A stretch of 64,000 nt of DNA, from the sequence record NC_048077.1. One strand, 5' to 3'. A program made the translations under genes and the position numbers. The notes beneath the pieces are model-generated. The model searched no databases. It saw nothing but the letters and a program-made list of their open reading frames with translations, and was not told where the DNA came from. This document shows positions 1 to 10,599 of the stretch, in pieces; positions within the stretch are counted from its first letter, which is position 1, and every line of letters starts with the position of its first letter.

Positions 1-180
1 GATGGGTAAAACTGTCGCGTTGCCTGATCCGACTCCCATTTCAAATACAATGAGCGCTGCCCGACTTACACCTCACGGTTGGGTGCGCACTTGTACAAAA
101 TGCGGAAAAGTTTCTGAACCTTCCGCTTTCGCTGATACGGTTGTTCAACCGTGTGAGTGCGAAAACAATCCGGAATAAAT

Positions 181-702
181 ATGGACACTAATAAACTACA
201 CTCTCTCGGCATGTATGACTTTGTGAAAAATCACGCAAGTAAATATGGCCGATGGTGCAACTTTATAGACCGTTCTTCTGTCGTGATGCCATTCGAATTG
301 TTGCGTGACCGAAAGGTTATTCATTACAAGTGGCGGCAAAATGTTCCTGAAATTTTCATTCATCCTGTTGTGGATATTATTTTTAGTGCATTACCAGAAC
401 AGAACATTGAGAACTTCGGGAAAGAAGCCTCCGCTCTTTTCGAATGGCTTCGCCTCAATATCAAAGATCATGGTTTTCATTTCCGCTCTTTCGTCTTTAA
501 TAACGAAGAAGGCGAGCGTGTCGGTATTGTTTATCGTATCTTTGCGAACGAGGATTTTCCGTGCTACATCCATCCCGAATACATCACACACGCAGAAGGC
601 CGCGCACCGTGTCCGGCTTGTTATACTGCGGTGACTTTCGGAGAATTTCATCCACTGGAAATCAAACCTGTTGATTCCCGTCTCATGGAGAAAACAAAGT
701 GA
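181..702 (+). CDS. hypothetical protein
   Basis: ORF 157..702; ATG at 181 preferred; overlaps next gene (GTGA). Confidence 0.65.
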   Translation: MDTNKLHSLGMYDFVKNHASKYGRWCNFIDRSSVVMPFELLRDRKVIHYKWRQNVPEIFIHPVVDIIFSALPEQNIENFGKEASALFEWLRLNIKDHGFHFRSFVFNNEEGERVGIVYRIFANEDFPCYIHPEYITHAEGRAPCPACYTAVTFGEFHPLEIKPVDSRLMEKTK

Positions 703-1148
703 CTCCCGGCTACTGGAAAGTTGTTCCTAACGAACGTTCCACAACAATCATTCAGGCAATTTGTAGTGCAATAGTTTCTCCGGAAGATCTGGATGACCTG
801 CACGTAACTCTCGCCTACGATAAAAACAATCCGGATAACGATATTCCGTTGAGCAATGCGGAATTCAAAGCAACTATTTCCGGTGTTGAATTGTTTGGCG
901 CGAATAACGATATTCTGGTTCTTACTTTGGAGTCAGAAGATCTACAGCTTGAGCACGCACGCATTCACGAAAACCCAAACGTGAAATTCGATTTCATTCC
1001 GTATCGACCGCATATCACTATCGCGAAAAATTCTACGGAAGCGGAACTCGAATGCCTGCATAATATCATTATGTCTCCGAACATTCCGGCACTGTCGATT
1101 GTGCTCGGCGACGAATCGCGAGAAGACATTGATGAAAGTAGAGATTGA
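699..1148 (+). CDS. acb1: 2H phosphoesterase, Acb1 / T4 gp57B-like (anti-CBASS nuclease family)
   Basis: Two HxT motifs (LHVTLAY, PHITIA); LVLTLESEDL..H..FDFIPYRPHITI parallels T4 57B LVLVLDSEYL..H..HDFDDYTPHITL (recalled sequence). Confidence 0.75.
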   Translation: MTPGYWKVVPNERSTTIIQAICSAIVSPEDLDDLHVTLAYDKNNPDNDIPLSNAEFKATISGVELFGANNDILVLTLESEDLQLEHARIHENPNVKFDFIPYRPHITIAKNSTEAELECLHNIIMSPNIPALSIVLGDESREDIDESRD

Positions 1149-1413
1149 TCTCGGCAAAGATGCCGAACTAACTCCAAATGCGCAGCGTGCCGAAGACCGC
1201 GCTAAAGAACGTCGCCGTCTTAAAGAGTATGGCGATACTCCGGAAGATGAGATCGAACAGAAGGAAAAGGAAAAGGAAGATCAGGCGGAAGAAAAACGCA
1301 AAACTGATAATCCACCGCCTCCTGAAAATCTCGGTCAATATAAACCGGAAACTTACGAAAGTCTGGATCAACAACTTTCCCATATGGACAGACAAACTTC
1401 AAAAAATCTGTAA
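1132..1413 (+). CDS. hypothetical charged protein
   Basis: ORF with ATG at 1132 overlapping upstream gene; E/K/R-rich. Confidence 0.6.
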   Translation: MKVEIDLGKDAELTPNAQRAEDRAKERRRLKEYGDTPEDEIEQKEKEKEDQAEEKRKTDNPPPPENLGQYKPETYESLDQQLSHMDRQTSKNL

Positions 1414-1416
1414 ATA
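1405..1416 (+). promoter_or_regulatory. AAWCTGTAAA motif (candidate phage-sigma promoter)
   Basis: AATCTGTAAATA overlapping stop codon, 32 nt upstream of sigma gene; recurs ~11 times. Confidence 0.5.
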
Positions 1417-1448
1417 ATGGGTAGGTTCATTTTTCTTTGGGTGCGATA

Positions 1449-2486
1449 ATGTCGGACAAGTCCAATCTTACGGGCGGTCAGACTGAGGAAGTTTTAGATA
1501 CTCTGCTTTATGATTCATTACGCGAGATTGTAGAAAATACAGACTTGTTTGATGTTCAGCTTGTCTATCTCCTTAGCTTGATCACTTCGAATAAAAAACG
1601 TAAGCCGTACAATGCTGAAACTCGCGAGCGTGCTATTAGTCTTGTGATTAAAACTCTGACTACTCCACGCGAAATGCGAATGCAGTATCTGGTTGAGGTG
1701 AAGATGGAGCGCAACTTCATCTACATCTTTTTGGAAAATGTTCTGAACAAGTATTATCGCACCTACGTTGATTTGTATCGCATGTTCATTTCAACAACGG
1801 ATAGCGATAAGCGTCAGATATATGCAAAACGTTTGGATGTGATTGTTCGAGCTACTGGCGCAAGTTCGCGTTCAAAACTTTTTGTAGCGCTTGTTCGTTT
1901 GAATGATATGTTGCCTTTGTTTAAAGACTACTTTCATTCTGTCGTTGCTGATTTTTATCGCCTGTGTCAAAAGCACGCGAAGTTTTATATCGACACGAAC
2001 AAAGGGAAACAGTTTGATAGCAAGGATGTGAATCAAAATTTCCTGCGAAATGTGTTAATAGCAATAAACAAATACGATAGCGCGAAAGGTGCAATCGTAA
2101 GTTATGTTAAGTGGTGGATTCTCAACGCTCAAACGTGTAGTAGCAGCGATCACGAATATGGTATCGCCTACACAATTCCGCAAACGCAGAAGAAACGTTT
2201 GGCTACGAAAGAAGACACTACTTCCGTGAATTTTTCTGTCAGTCTTGATACTCCGACGAATGAAACTTCTGATGAGGGGATGGACGCATCCCTTCACAAT
2301 AAAATGGGCAGCGAAAACCTTGAAGATTCAGTTAACGGAACAAGACAGGCAGAGAAACTTGGCCTGTTGGTGAAACGTGTTGATCCATTCGGAATCGCTC
2401 GCCTGACTATGGATATTCGGGAAGCATTCGAAAAGGAAGAATTGGATTTCATGCAAGCCTACATGCGCCGACAAGACTTGTCGTAA
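1449..2486 (+). CDS. phage RNA polymerase sigma-70-family factor
   Basis: AINKYDSAKGAIVSYVKWWILNAQ resembles sigma-70 region 2.3-2.4 (AVEKFD..RG.KFSTYATWWIRQAI); no obvious region-4 HTH. Confidence 0.7.
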   Translation: MSDKSNLTGGQTEEVLDTLLYDSLREIVENTDLFDVQLVYLLSLITSNKKRKPYNAETRERAISLVIKTLTTPREMRMQYLVEVKMERNFIYIFLENVLNKYYRTYVDLYRMFISTTDSDKRQIYAKRLDVIVRATGASSRSKLFVALVRLNDMLPLFKDYFHSVVADFYRLCQKHAKFYIDTNKGKQFDSKDVNQNFLRNVLIAINKYDSAKGAIVSYVKWWILNAQTCSSSDHEYGIAYTIPQTQKKRLATKEDTTSVNFSVSLDTPTNETSDEGMDASLHNKMGSENLEDSVNGTRQAEKLGLLVKRVDPFGIARLTMDIREAFEKEELDFMQAYMRRQDLS

Positions 2487-2496
2487 AACTAACACG

Positions 2497-2508
2497 AATC
2501 TGTAAACG
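2497..2508 (+). promoter_or_regulatory. AAWCTGTAAA motif
   Basis: AATCTGTAAACG, intergenic, upstream of SSB. Confidence 0.5.
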
Positions 2509-2546
2509 TTAAGTATACCGATTCAACTCAATATTGAGGATTAAAC

Positions 2547-3752
<1,206 letters not shown>

Positions 3753-3766
3753 GTAGGTGATCTCAT

Positions 3767-3794
3767 AGGGCGGCATTAGTCGTCCTTTCTTTTC
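3767..3794 (+). terminator. possible intrinsic terminator
   Basis: AGGGCGGC-ATTA-GTCGTCCT hairpin followed by TTCTTTT. Confidence 0.45.
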
Positions 3795-3806
3795 AGGAAT
3801 CCAGTA

Positions 3807-5312
3807 ATGGCTAAAACCAAAACGAAAGAGAAGGTTGCGAAGAAATCAAAAGCCGTTGAAGGTGGAGATCTCGTTGTAGCCAAAGCGAAGAAATCAGTTG
3901 TTGAAGCGCTTGAACCAAAAGTGTTTGGCATTGATATGAACGCTTATCTTGACGGCGTTATTGATGCTGTTGAGAAGAAAACTAAAATCAGTTCGCAAAA
4001 CATGATGCGTTATGCGGAGCGTATCAGTACCGGAATTCTGGCACTGGATATGTATCTGGATGGCGGTATTGTTCCGGGCGGCTGGTATACGTTTGCAGGC
4101 GGTGAGCAAAGTTGTAAATCAACTCTGGCGATGTGTATCGCGGCAGCACTGATCAAACAAAACTTCCGTGGCACTACAAGTTACTTTGACTACGAAGGTT
4201 CGGCAGATGAGCAATACGCTGCGAACCAGTTGAAGACTCTTGGCGTTAAAATTGATCCGAAAGAAATCTTCGGCGTCAAAGATTCCGAAACTGATGAATG
4301 GTTGGTTCGTCCTCGTATTCGTTACTATGCGCCGGATAACGGAGAGAAGTTCTTCGATTATATGTCGAGTATTCGCCGTCGCCTTCCGGATAAAGTTGTA
4401 GAAAAAGATGGTCGCGCATTCTTTATTTTCGAAAACACGAAAGAGAATAAAAAGTTTGTCGGCAATCACTACGATAAGAAATGGTTTAGCAGCCATAACC
4501 AATTCAAAGTTCCTGCACCTGATGCGCACATGCAAAGCCTCACTCTCGTTGACTCTTATCCTGCGATGATGCCGGATCAAGTGGATGATGATGAAGGTAG
4601 TAAAGCAATGGCGTTGCAGGCGCGTATGTTCTCGGACGGTATCAAACGTTTCCGTGGTGGTATGCGTCGTAAGATGATGACGATCATTGGTATTAACCAG
4701 TTGCGTCAAAAACCTGCGACAATGTTTGGTTCTCCGGAATATGAACCGTGCGGCGATGCACTGAAATTTTATTCTGACGTTCGTTTGCGTATGGCGAGCC
4801 GTGCTGTTCCTCAAGGTTGGCCTCAGCTTAAAGATGCGCCGGGTATCGTTGGTGAAGACAGCGTAACTGTTGAAGGCGGCATTGACCGTTATCGCTTTAT
4901 CGCAATTCGCACAACGAAAAATAAAATGGGCGGCATTCCAAACCAAACAACGTGGGTTCGTTTGTGGGAATCCGATGGTAACGGTGAAGCGCGTGGTTTC
5001 GATCCGGTTTTCGATACATGGCATTACATGAAAACTATCGGACTGATCAGCGGTACGCGTAACCGTATCAAGTTTGTTGATCCATGTCCTCTCGCAAGTA
5101 AGGTTGCAATCGACTGGCAGGAATTCCGTACTCTGATCAATGGCAACAAAGAACAGATTACGAAACTCTGCAAGAAGATGGGTGTTAAGCCTAACTCTCT
5201 GCGTGCGTGGTGTTTCAAATTCATCAAGACACCGAAAGGGAAAGATTTACTGCGTAAGAGCATTATCTCAAAAGGTAAATCTTCTTCTGACGATGACGGT
5301 GATGATGATTAA
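3807..5312 (+). CDS. recA: RecA/UvsX-like recombinase
   Basis: ISTGILALDMYLDGGI, P-loop GGEQSCKS, Walker B LVDS, GINQLRQK..MFGSPE..GDALKFYSDVRL, KNKM. Confidence 0.93.
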   Translation: MAKTKTKEKVAKKSKAVEGGDLVVAKAKKSVVEALEPKVFGIDMNAYLDGVIDAVEKKTKISSQNMMRYAERISTGILALDMYLDGGIVPGGWYTFAGGEQSCKSTLAMCIAAALIKQNFRGTTSYFDYEGSADEQYAANQLKTLGVKIDPKEIFGVKDSETDEWLVRPRIRYYAPDNGEKFFDYMSSIRRRLPDKVVEKDGRAFFIFENTKENKKFVGNHYDKKWFSSHNQFKVPAPDAHMQSLTLVDSYPAMMPDQVDDDEGSKAMALQARMFSDGIKRFRGGMRRKMMTIIGINQLRQKPATMFGSPEYEPCGDALKFYSDVRLRMASRAVPQGWPQLKDAPGIVGEDSVTVEGGIDRYRFIAIRTTKNKMGGIPNQTTWVRLWESDGNGEARGFDPVFDTWHYMKTIGLISGTRNRIKFVDPCPLASKVAIDWQEFRTLINGNKEQITKLCKKMGVKPNSLRAWCFKFIKTPKGKDLLRKSIISKGKSSSDDDGDDD

Positions 5313-5318
5313 TTCTTT

Positions 5319-5334
5319 GGCGGGGAAACCCGCC
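5319..5334 (+). other. GNRA-loop hairpin after recA
   Basis: GGCGGG-GAAA-CCCGCC without a strong U tract. Confidence 0.4.
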
Positions 5335-5353
5335 TTAGTTTCAGGAGAAAGTA

Positions 5354-5755
5354 ATGTCTGATTTTCTTCCATCCGATATTCGTCCCGGAACGCTGTTTGA
5401 TAATCCGGTTGAATATGTTCCGGAACTTTCACTTGCTCTTTTCAATCGCCTGTTGGTTGAACTCAAAAAGAATTCGGTATCCAGTAATCGCTTTGCGTTT
5501 ATGGTTGGCGATGCACTGCGCGAAAGTTTTGATGACTGTCGCCGTGGCGCGAGTGATATGTTGCTGTCGATGTATTTCGATCCGTACATGAAAGAACTTC
5601 CAAAAGAATATTTGGGGGTTATTCTCGGTACTCCTATCTTCGCGAACTCTGATTTAAATCCCTATGCGCTTATTGCCGTAAGTTTCGCAGAATCTCGCGA
5701 TGGCAAATATGATGCGCAATATCAGACTGGTATTGATCTCACGCCAAATCTGTAA
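5354..5755 (+). CDS. hypothetical protein
   Basis: ORF with SD AGGAG. Confidence 0.75.
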   Translation: MSDFLPSDIRPGTLFDNPVEYVPELSLALFNRLLVELKKNSVSSNRFAFMVGDALRESFDDCRRGASDMLLSMYFDPYMKELPKEYLGVILGTPIFANSDLNPYALIAVSFAESRDGKYDAQYQTGIDLTPNL

Positions 5756-5758
5756 ATA
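5747..5758 (+). promoter_or_regulatory. AAWCTGTAAA motif
   Basis: AATCTGTAAATA overlapping stop codon. Confidence 0.45.
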
Positions 5759-5808
5759 GGTATTGAAGAATTGCTGTGTGTAGTCTTGCTCTCATAAAGA
5801 GCATTTTC

Positions 5809-5834
5809 GGGGCGCTTCGGTGCCCCATTTTTTT
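5809..5834 (+). terminator. intrinsic terminator
   Basis: GGGGCGC-TTCG-GTGCCCC then ATTTTTTT. Confidence 0.75.
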
Positions 5835-5871
5835 AACTCTCGATAGCCCAATGCGGGCAGGAGAAAATCAA

Positions 5872-6651
5872 ATGTCAAACTTCATTGAAGTGACCGTTAT
5901 CCGCGATACTCAGGTATTAGATGGAATCATTCATGGCGCATACCGCCGCAATCGTGACGCAATGAAATCCGTTAAGGAAGCGTCAAAATTTAATAACACG
6001 CAAGAAGTCGAATCTCTCAAGATGATGGTAAATCAAAACTTCTTCGCGTATGTCGATGTTACGAAAAAAGCTGCGGAGTCTGCAATCTTCTCTGCGCTCA
6101 AACGTGATGACTCAGGTTTCATTACTACCGGAATTCATGTTTGTCAAAATGATTTTCGTGGAAGGTCAGCGCAAAGTCCTTCCATTATTTTCTCTGATAA
6201 TCTCGAAGTGATTTCAGATCAGGATTTATCGTCGGCACTGCGCTCGATGCTTATAACGCTTTTTCGAAGTGGCGCAACCTTCAAAAAGGCTTTCCGTTTT
6301 TATTGTTCCGGAAACTTCTCAGAGAAATTCTGTCGCTGTTTAGCCGAAGCATACTACAATTTTAAAATCGACGGTGTGGGTCATATCCATCCGTACACCG
6401 GAACGAAGTCGATGCCTATTCCGGCGCAAGATCTTCACTCGCTGTTCATTGAGAATCGTACACCAAATAAAGAACTGGATAGTGCGAAATGTATTGTTGT
6501 TGGCGAAGACCACGCAATTTATTATTCAGACCAGTTGATTGATCGTCTGATTCGCTACTGCACTTCTCGCGATATTCCTTTGTACATTCCGGAACAGCGC
6601 TATCGTCAATTCGTGATTGGAACTCAAATTCATTTTGGAGTAATCGCGTGA
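5872..6651 (+). CDS. hypothetical protein
   Basis: ATG at 5872 with SD AGGAG. Confidence 0.75.
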   Translation: MSNFIEVTVIRDTQVLDGIIHGAYRRNRDAMKSVKEASKFNNTQEVESLKMMVNQNFFAYVDVTKKAAESAIFSALKRDDSGFITTGIHVCQNDFRGRSAQSPSIIFSDNLEVISDQDLSSALRSMLITLFRSGATFKKAFRFYCSGNFSEKFCRCLAEAYYNFKIDGVGHIHPYTGTKSMPIPAQDLHSLFIENRTPNKELDSAKCIVVGEDHAIYYSDQLIDRLIRYCTSRDIPLYIPEQRYRQFVIGTQIHFGVIA

Positions 6652-7226
6652 AAATAAATTTTGTGAACGACACAAACCCTAAAGCGTATCGTGTCGGTCT
6701 GTCTGTGTTTAGCGATTCTCCGGAAATGGAAAAACGCATTACGGACAATTTTAACAAGCAGCCAGAAAAGTTGCATTATTCTCGTCTTACTCAAATCGTT
6801 CGTGATCGCCTGTGTGAGTTTGGCATCAATATTCCTTTTGAGTGCGGCGCTGTTTTAAATCCTGTTTATGTGATTGCGTTTCGTAGCAGCTTTCTTGCCG
6901 TGCCTCTTCGCTTAGTTCAATTTATTGCGGAAGCGCATAGAGAAGTCTACGATCAGGCAGAGGCTTTTGCTGGTTGTCCTCGGCAAGAACTTGCGGCCTC
7001 TGTTACTGCAACGCTTCAAGTTCGCGCCATAGAGCTTGGATATTTGAATCTCGATTTCCGCATTAGCGATTCTATGGATCTGAATATTCTGGCTGGATCG
7101 TATTCGGTGCATGTTGATTTTTCTAATCAGGTTTTGGAAATCACGCACGAAAAAGTTCGCCATGTCGGAACGATCGATTATATTCTGTTGGATTTATTTG
7201 GAGAACATCATGACTGTATCCACTGA
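6648..7226 (+). CDS. hypothetical protein
   Basis: GTGA overlap with upstream stop. Confidence 0.7.
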   Translation: MKINFVNDTNPKAYRVGLSVFSDSPEMEKRITDNFNKQPEKLHYSRLTQIVRDRLCEFGINIPFECGAVLNPVYVIAFRSSFLAVPLRLVQFIAEAHREVYDQAEAFAGCPRQELAASVTATLQVRAIELGYLNLDFRISDSMDLNILAGSYSVHVDFSNQVLEITHEKVRHVGTIDYILLDLFGEHHDCIH

Positions 7227-7743
7227 AATCGTTCAAAATTTTATTTCGCATATCTCCGAAAAACTTAACGGCACTCCTGATTATAGCAACACCGATCAGG
7301 GCGTCATGGTTCAAGTTGAAATCAAAGCGTCGCAGAATCTATCGGGGAAAATTGATCTGTCTATCGCGAATGAAGACGAAATCAAAAAATCTTATCCGCA
7401 TGGTTTTCATATTCTGCGCGTCTTCGATGCGCAATCGTTCCTGATCGCTTCCGGTTATGGCCGACCTGAGCATATGTATGTTTTGCAATTTGAAGTTTTG
7501 GCAAAGCAAGAAAATGAAATGTCGGCAGAAGAAAAAGCCGATGAGAAAGAGCGTATTAAAAATCTCAAAGCGCAGCAACAAGTTGAGGCAGATTCTCTGG
7601 TTCTTACTTCTTTGGAAAATGGAATCGTCGATCTGATTCGTGCCAGTGATGATAAAATTCAGGCGTATGATGAAATGACGGATGCGAAAAAGAAAGTAAT
7701 CCGCTCTCATTTGAACACCTTGCTGGCGCTGATGCGTTTGTAA
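7210..7743 (+). CDS. hypothetical protein
   Basis: ATG at 7210 with SD GGAG. Confidence 0.7.
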   Translation: MTVSTEIVQNFISHISEKLNGTPDYSNTDQGVMVQVEIKASQNLSGKIDLSIANEDEIKKSYPHGFHILRVFDAQSFLIASGYGRPEHMYVLQFEVLAKQENEMSAEEKADEKERIKNLKAQQQVEADSLVLTSLENGIVDLIRASDDKIQAYDEMTDAKKKVIRSHLNTLLALMRL

Positions 7744-7823
7744 AAACTTAGCCCACTAACGATTTCCTCCATAATTTATTTTGGTAGCATAGATTTGTTA
7801 CTACAATAATAAGAGGACACGTT

Positions 7824-8072
7824 ATGGCGAATCGCGGTGAAATTAGACTCGCATATAATCAGCGTCGTGATCAATGGTTCTCTAAGGAAGAAGAAATTTC
7901 TTCTGCAAAAACTGTTGCATTCGTTGACTGCCGTATGTTTGTCCAATGCACATCTGATTGTGTTTCCGAACAATCCACCGATAAGAAAGTAATTTCTTAC
8001 TACCGTGAGAATGCGCTTGTTGGTCAAGTCGTGTGGGTCGAAGAGGAAGTTCACTTTCGACTTATGATCTAA
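7824..8072 (+). CDS. hypothetical protein
   Basis: SD GAGGA, 82 aa. Confidence 0.7.
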   Translation: MANRGEIRLAYNQRRDQWFSKEEEISSAKTVAFVDCRMFVQCTSDCVSEQSTDKKVISYYRENALVGQVVWVEEEVHFRLMI

Positions 8073-8078
8073 AAAACC

Positions 8079-8115
8079 AAAGGCTACTTTTTCTCTGGGG
8101 AAAGTAGCCTTTTTT
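8079..8115 (+). terminator. intrinsic terminator
   Basis: AAAGGCTACTTT...AAAGTAGCCTTT stem followed by T tract. Confidence 0.75.
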
Positions 8116-8135
8116 ATTTTCCGTGAGGATTCCAT

Positions 8136-9953
8136 ATGTCTACTATTTCTTTGTCGCAGAAGAGTCAAGAGATTGCCTCTCTGTCGGCATCTGTTGCGCA
8201 AAAGGAAGCTGCAAAGTTTCTTTTTGGCAAAAACTATTTGAAGATCCTTGAGACAATCGAGAAACTTGCGAAGTCGAAAGTGGTTGTATCGCCTCAATTG
8301 CGTGGTCTGCTTCTGATGATGCGCGATGCAGAAGACGCAGAGATCATTAAGTTTCAGAAATCCGTGCCGGGTAAAGCAACCATCAAAGCCGCGCAGGATC
8401 TGCTTAAAGCAAAAACTCTGGATGCAAGTTTGAAAGCATTTCGAGGGATTAAGGTTGCGAAGAAATGGACGCAAGAGGCAAGCCAAACAAAAGACGTGAC
8501 GAAGCCTGTTCCGAAAGTTAAACCTGCTCGCCAGCCTAAACCTGCGCCGGAAGAAAAACCTGTTCTGAAAGTTGGTGAACAAGTTAAGTCTGCACCGAAA
8601 ATTGGAACGCCTCAAATTCCTGATCTCACCAATAAACCAAATCCGGATACCAAATTCGGCAAACTGGTTAATGACACCGTTCGCGTTATCGTGAATGCTG
8701 CATACCTGATCGATGATTCGATGATCATGCTGACCAAAAACGGCGGCTATCAAATTCGTATCTATCCAAAAGTTACTGACAACCCGCGTGAAGATCTCGC
8801 TTATGGGATCATTGTTCATAAAGACGAAACTTTCAGTTACGGTGTTTATGACAAAAACGGTATCGGTAAAACTGTTGGCAGTGATACCAACATGCGCAAA
8901 GCAGTGTCGCGCATTATTCACGAAATCGAAACCAACAACCCGACCAATGCTAACGCGTTTCAGGTTGCTTTCGGTAAAGGCAAAGCAAAAGACGATCATA
9001 AATCTGAAACCGTTCTGGTTGATGAAATTTCTGATGTGTTGCCGCAAACTCTGGATAAAAAGTTCGAGAACTATACCGATCACGTTAAAGCGATTGGCGA
9101 TAACCTCAAACGAAATATTCCCGGCCTGAAAACTAAATTGCTTCCTCGCGGTCTGGAATTGATCATGGGGCAAGATGAATTCGGCACGCTGAAATTCGGT
9201 GATGGGCGTTGGCTACTCACTCCGTATAAACGCGTACATAAGACGGTTGATATCGGGCAGAACTATGACGCAGGCTACGTGATTCAAACACTGAAAGATA
9301 TGTTTGAGGCTGATCGTAAACGTGCTGCGCGTAAAGAAAAAACTCATGGCGTAACAGATAACCTGATGTTGAAATACAAACAGGATATGATGAGCGCACT
9401 GGCAAGTAGCGATCTGAAACTGTTCGACGAAGTTCATAACGCGAAAGAAACCAACGACGATAATCTTGTTTGGAATATGTCGTATCGTATGCCTGAAACT
9501 GGAATCTCGTTGCCTGTTTCTATTCGCTATAATCGCCGTCGTGGTTACAGCTTTGGATTGAATGGCGCACCTTACACGATGATTCAACCGGGCGTAGCTC
9601 AGAACATTGGTAAGTTTGTTCGCGCTCTCAAATCCACTATTGCTGCTGTTGTGAAAAGTAGCAGTAAAAAATATGCGCTTGTTGATGGGCGTCCGTTTAC
9701 TCCGGGAACTGGCGTGCTGCACGCGAAAGCGAAAGCGGTTGATATTCGCTGCACGCAAACAGCAATTTTCCTTACTGGTAATCCTGCGGCGGTTTCGACT
9801 TTGTTCGACGGAAGTTTCAAACAGCCTCTGCTGGATTCTAAAGGCACGGCAACCGTGAACCGTGCGGCACCGAACAACTATCGCATTCTCTGCAATAATG
9901 AGGAAGTGCGTGATCAAATCCTGATGGGTGCAAACATCATCCGGAAACTGTAA
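8136..9953 (+). CDS. large basic hypothetical protein with K/P-rich linker
   Basis: 605 aa ORF, SD GAGGA; PKVKPARQPKPAPEEKP segment. Confidence 0.8.
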   Translation: MSTISLSQKSQEIASLSASVAQKEAAKFLFGKNYLKILETIEKLAKSKVVVSPQLRGLLLMMRDAEDAEIIKFQKSVPGKATIKAAQDLLKAKTLDASLKAFRGIKVAKKWTQEASQTKDVTKPVPKVKPARQPKPAPEEKPVLKVGEQVKSAPKIGTPQIPDLTNKPNPDTKFGKLVNDTVRVIVNAAYLIDDSMIMLTKNGGYQIRIYPKVTDNPREDLAYGIIVHKDETFSYGVYDKNGIGKTVGSDTNMRKAVSRIIHEIETNNPTNANAFQVAFGKGKAKDDHKSETVLVDEISDVLPQTLDKKFENYTDHVKAIGDNLKRNIPGLKTKLLPRGLELIMGQDEFGTLKFGDGRWLLTPYKRVHKTVDIGQNYDAGYVIQTLKDMFEADRKRAARKEKTHGVTDNLMLKYKQDMMSALASSDLKLFDEVHNAKETNDDNLVWNMSYRMPETGISLPVSIRYNRRRGYSFGLNGAPYTMIQPGVAQNIGKFVRALKSTIAAVVKSSSKKYALVDGRPFTPGTGVLHAKAKAVDIRCTQTAIFLTGNPAAVSTLFDGSFKQPLLDSKGTATVNRAAPNNYRILCNNEEVRDQILMGANIIRKL

Positions 9954-9956
9954 ATA
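9945..9956 (+). promoter_or_regulatory. AAWCTGTAAA motif
   Basis: AAACTGTAAATA overlapping stop codon. Confidence 0.4.
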
Positions 9957-9959
9957 TTA

Positions 9960-9988
9960 GGGAGTGGGCGAAAGCTCATTCCCTTTTT
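9960..9988 (+). terminator. intrinsic terminator (identical copy at 19763)
   Basis: GGGAGTGGGC-GAAA-GCTCATTCCC-TTTTT. Confidence 0.8.
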
Positions 9989-10005
9989 CAATTCTGGAGC
10001 CAAAA

Positions 10006-10599
10006 ATGCCCTCTGTTTCATGTCTGGTGATTCGCTGTAATCAAAAACAATTCGAAGCGAAAGAAATCTTTTCGTATCTTCGAATCAAAGCAAAACTTTC
10101 TACCGTCTCTGCTGTTATGCTCGCTGTTGAAGACGCAGGACGCTATTCGTTTTATATTTTGCGTGACTTGTTTTATTTCCGTAACGTGTCGAAAACGAAA
10201 ACTGACAAGCCGTTTACTATCAAGTGGACAGAACATCCGGAACCGGTAACGCAAAACCAATTGCTTGATGGCAACCGCTGGCACCTGACGCAGTTTTTTA
10301 ATTCCGACCGTGGTTTGGATTCCGGATATATGGTTTCAGAATTGCAGACCGCAACCAATGTTAGCCTGACGCATTGCCAACGTTTCTTTGTTGATCCGGA
10401 AACCACTGTTCCGCGCAATCGCGTTAAGCGTGTTGTTGAGCGCAATCCGTTTTTGAAATCTGCTACGGTTGGTGAAATCATTCGCGAAATGAATCGCCGT
10501 GGCTATGAAATGACTTACGCACCGAAAGAGAACAGCAATGAAAAAGATGGGAACGGTAACGGTTCTGTCGTTGAAGGACAAAGCGCCGAAGAACGTTGA
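10006..10599 (+). CDS. hypothetical protein
   Basis: ATG at 10006 with SD GGAG; C-terminal SATVGEIIREMNRRGY helix motif. Confidence 0.65.
   Translation: MPSVSCLVIRCNQKQFEAKEIFSYLRIKAKLSTVSAVMLAVEDAGRYSFYILRDLFYFRNVSKTKTDKPFTIKWTEHPEPVTQNQLLDGNRWHLTQFFNSDRGLDSGYMVSELQTATNVSLTHCQRFFVDPETTVPRNRVKRVVERNPFLKSATVGEIIREMNRRGYEMTYAPKENSNEKDGNGNGSVVEGQSAEER

Noticed and set aside
7776-9173. 465-aa minus-strand ORF
   Set aside because: Overlaps two well-supported plus-strand genes and a terminator; no recognisable motif
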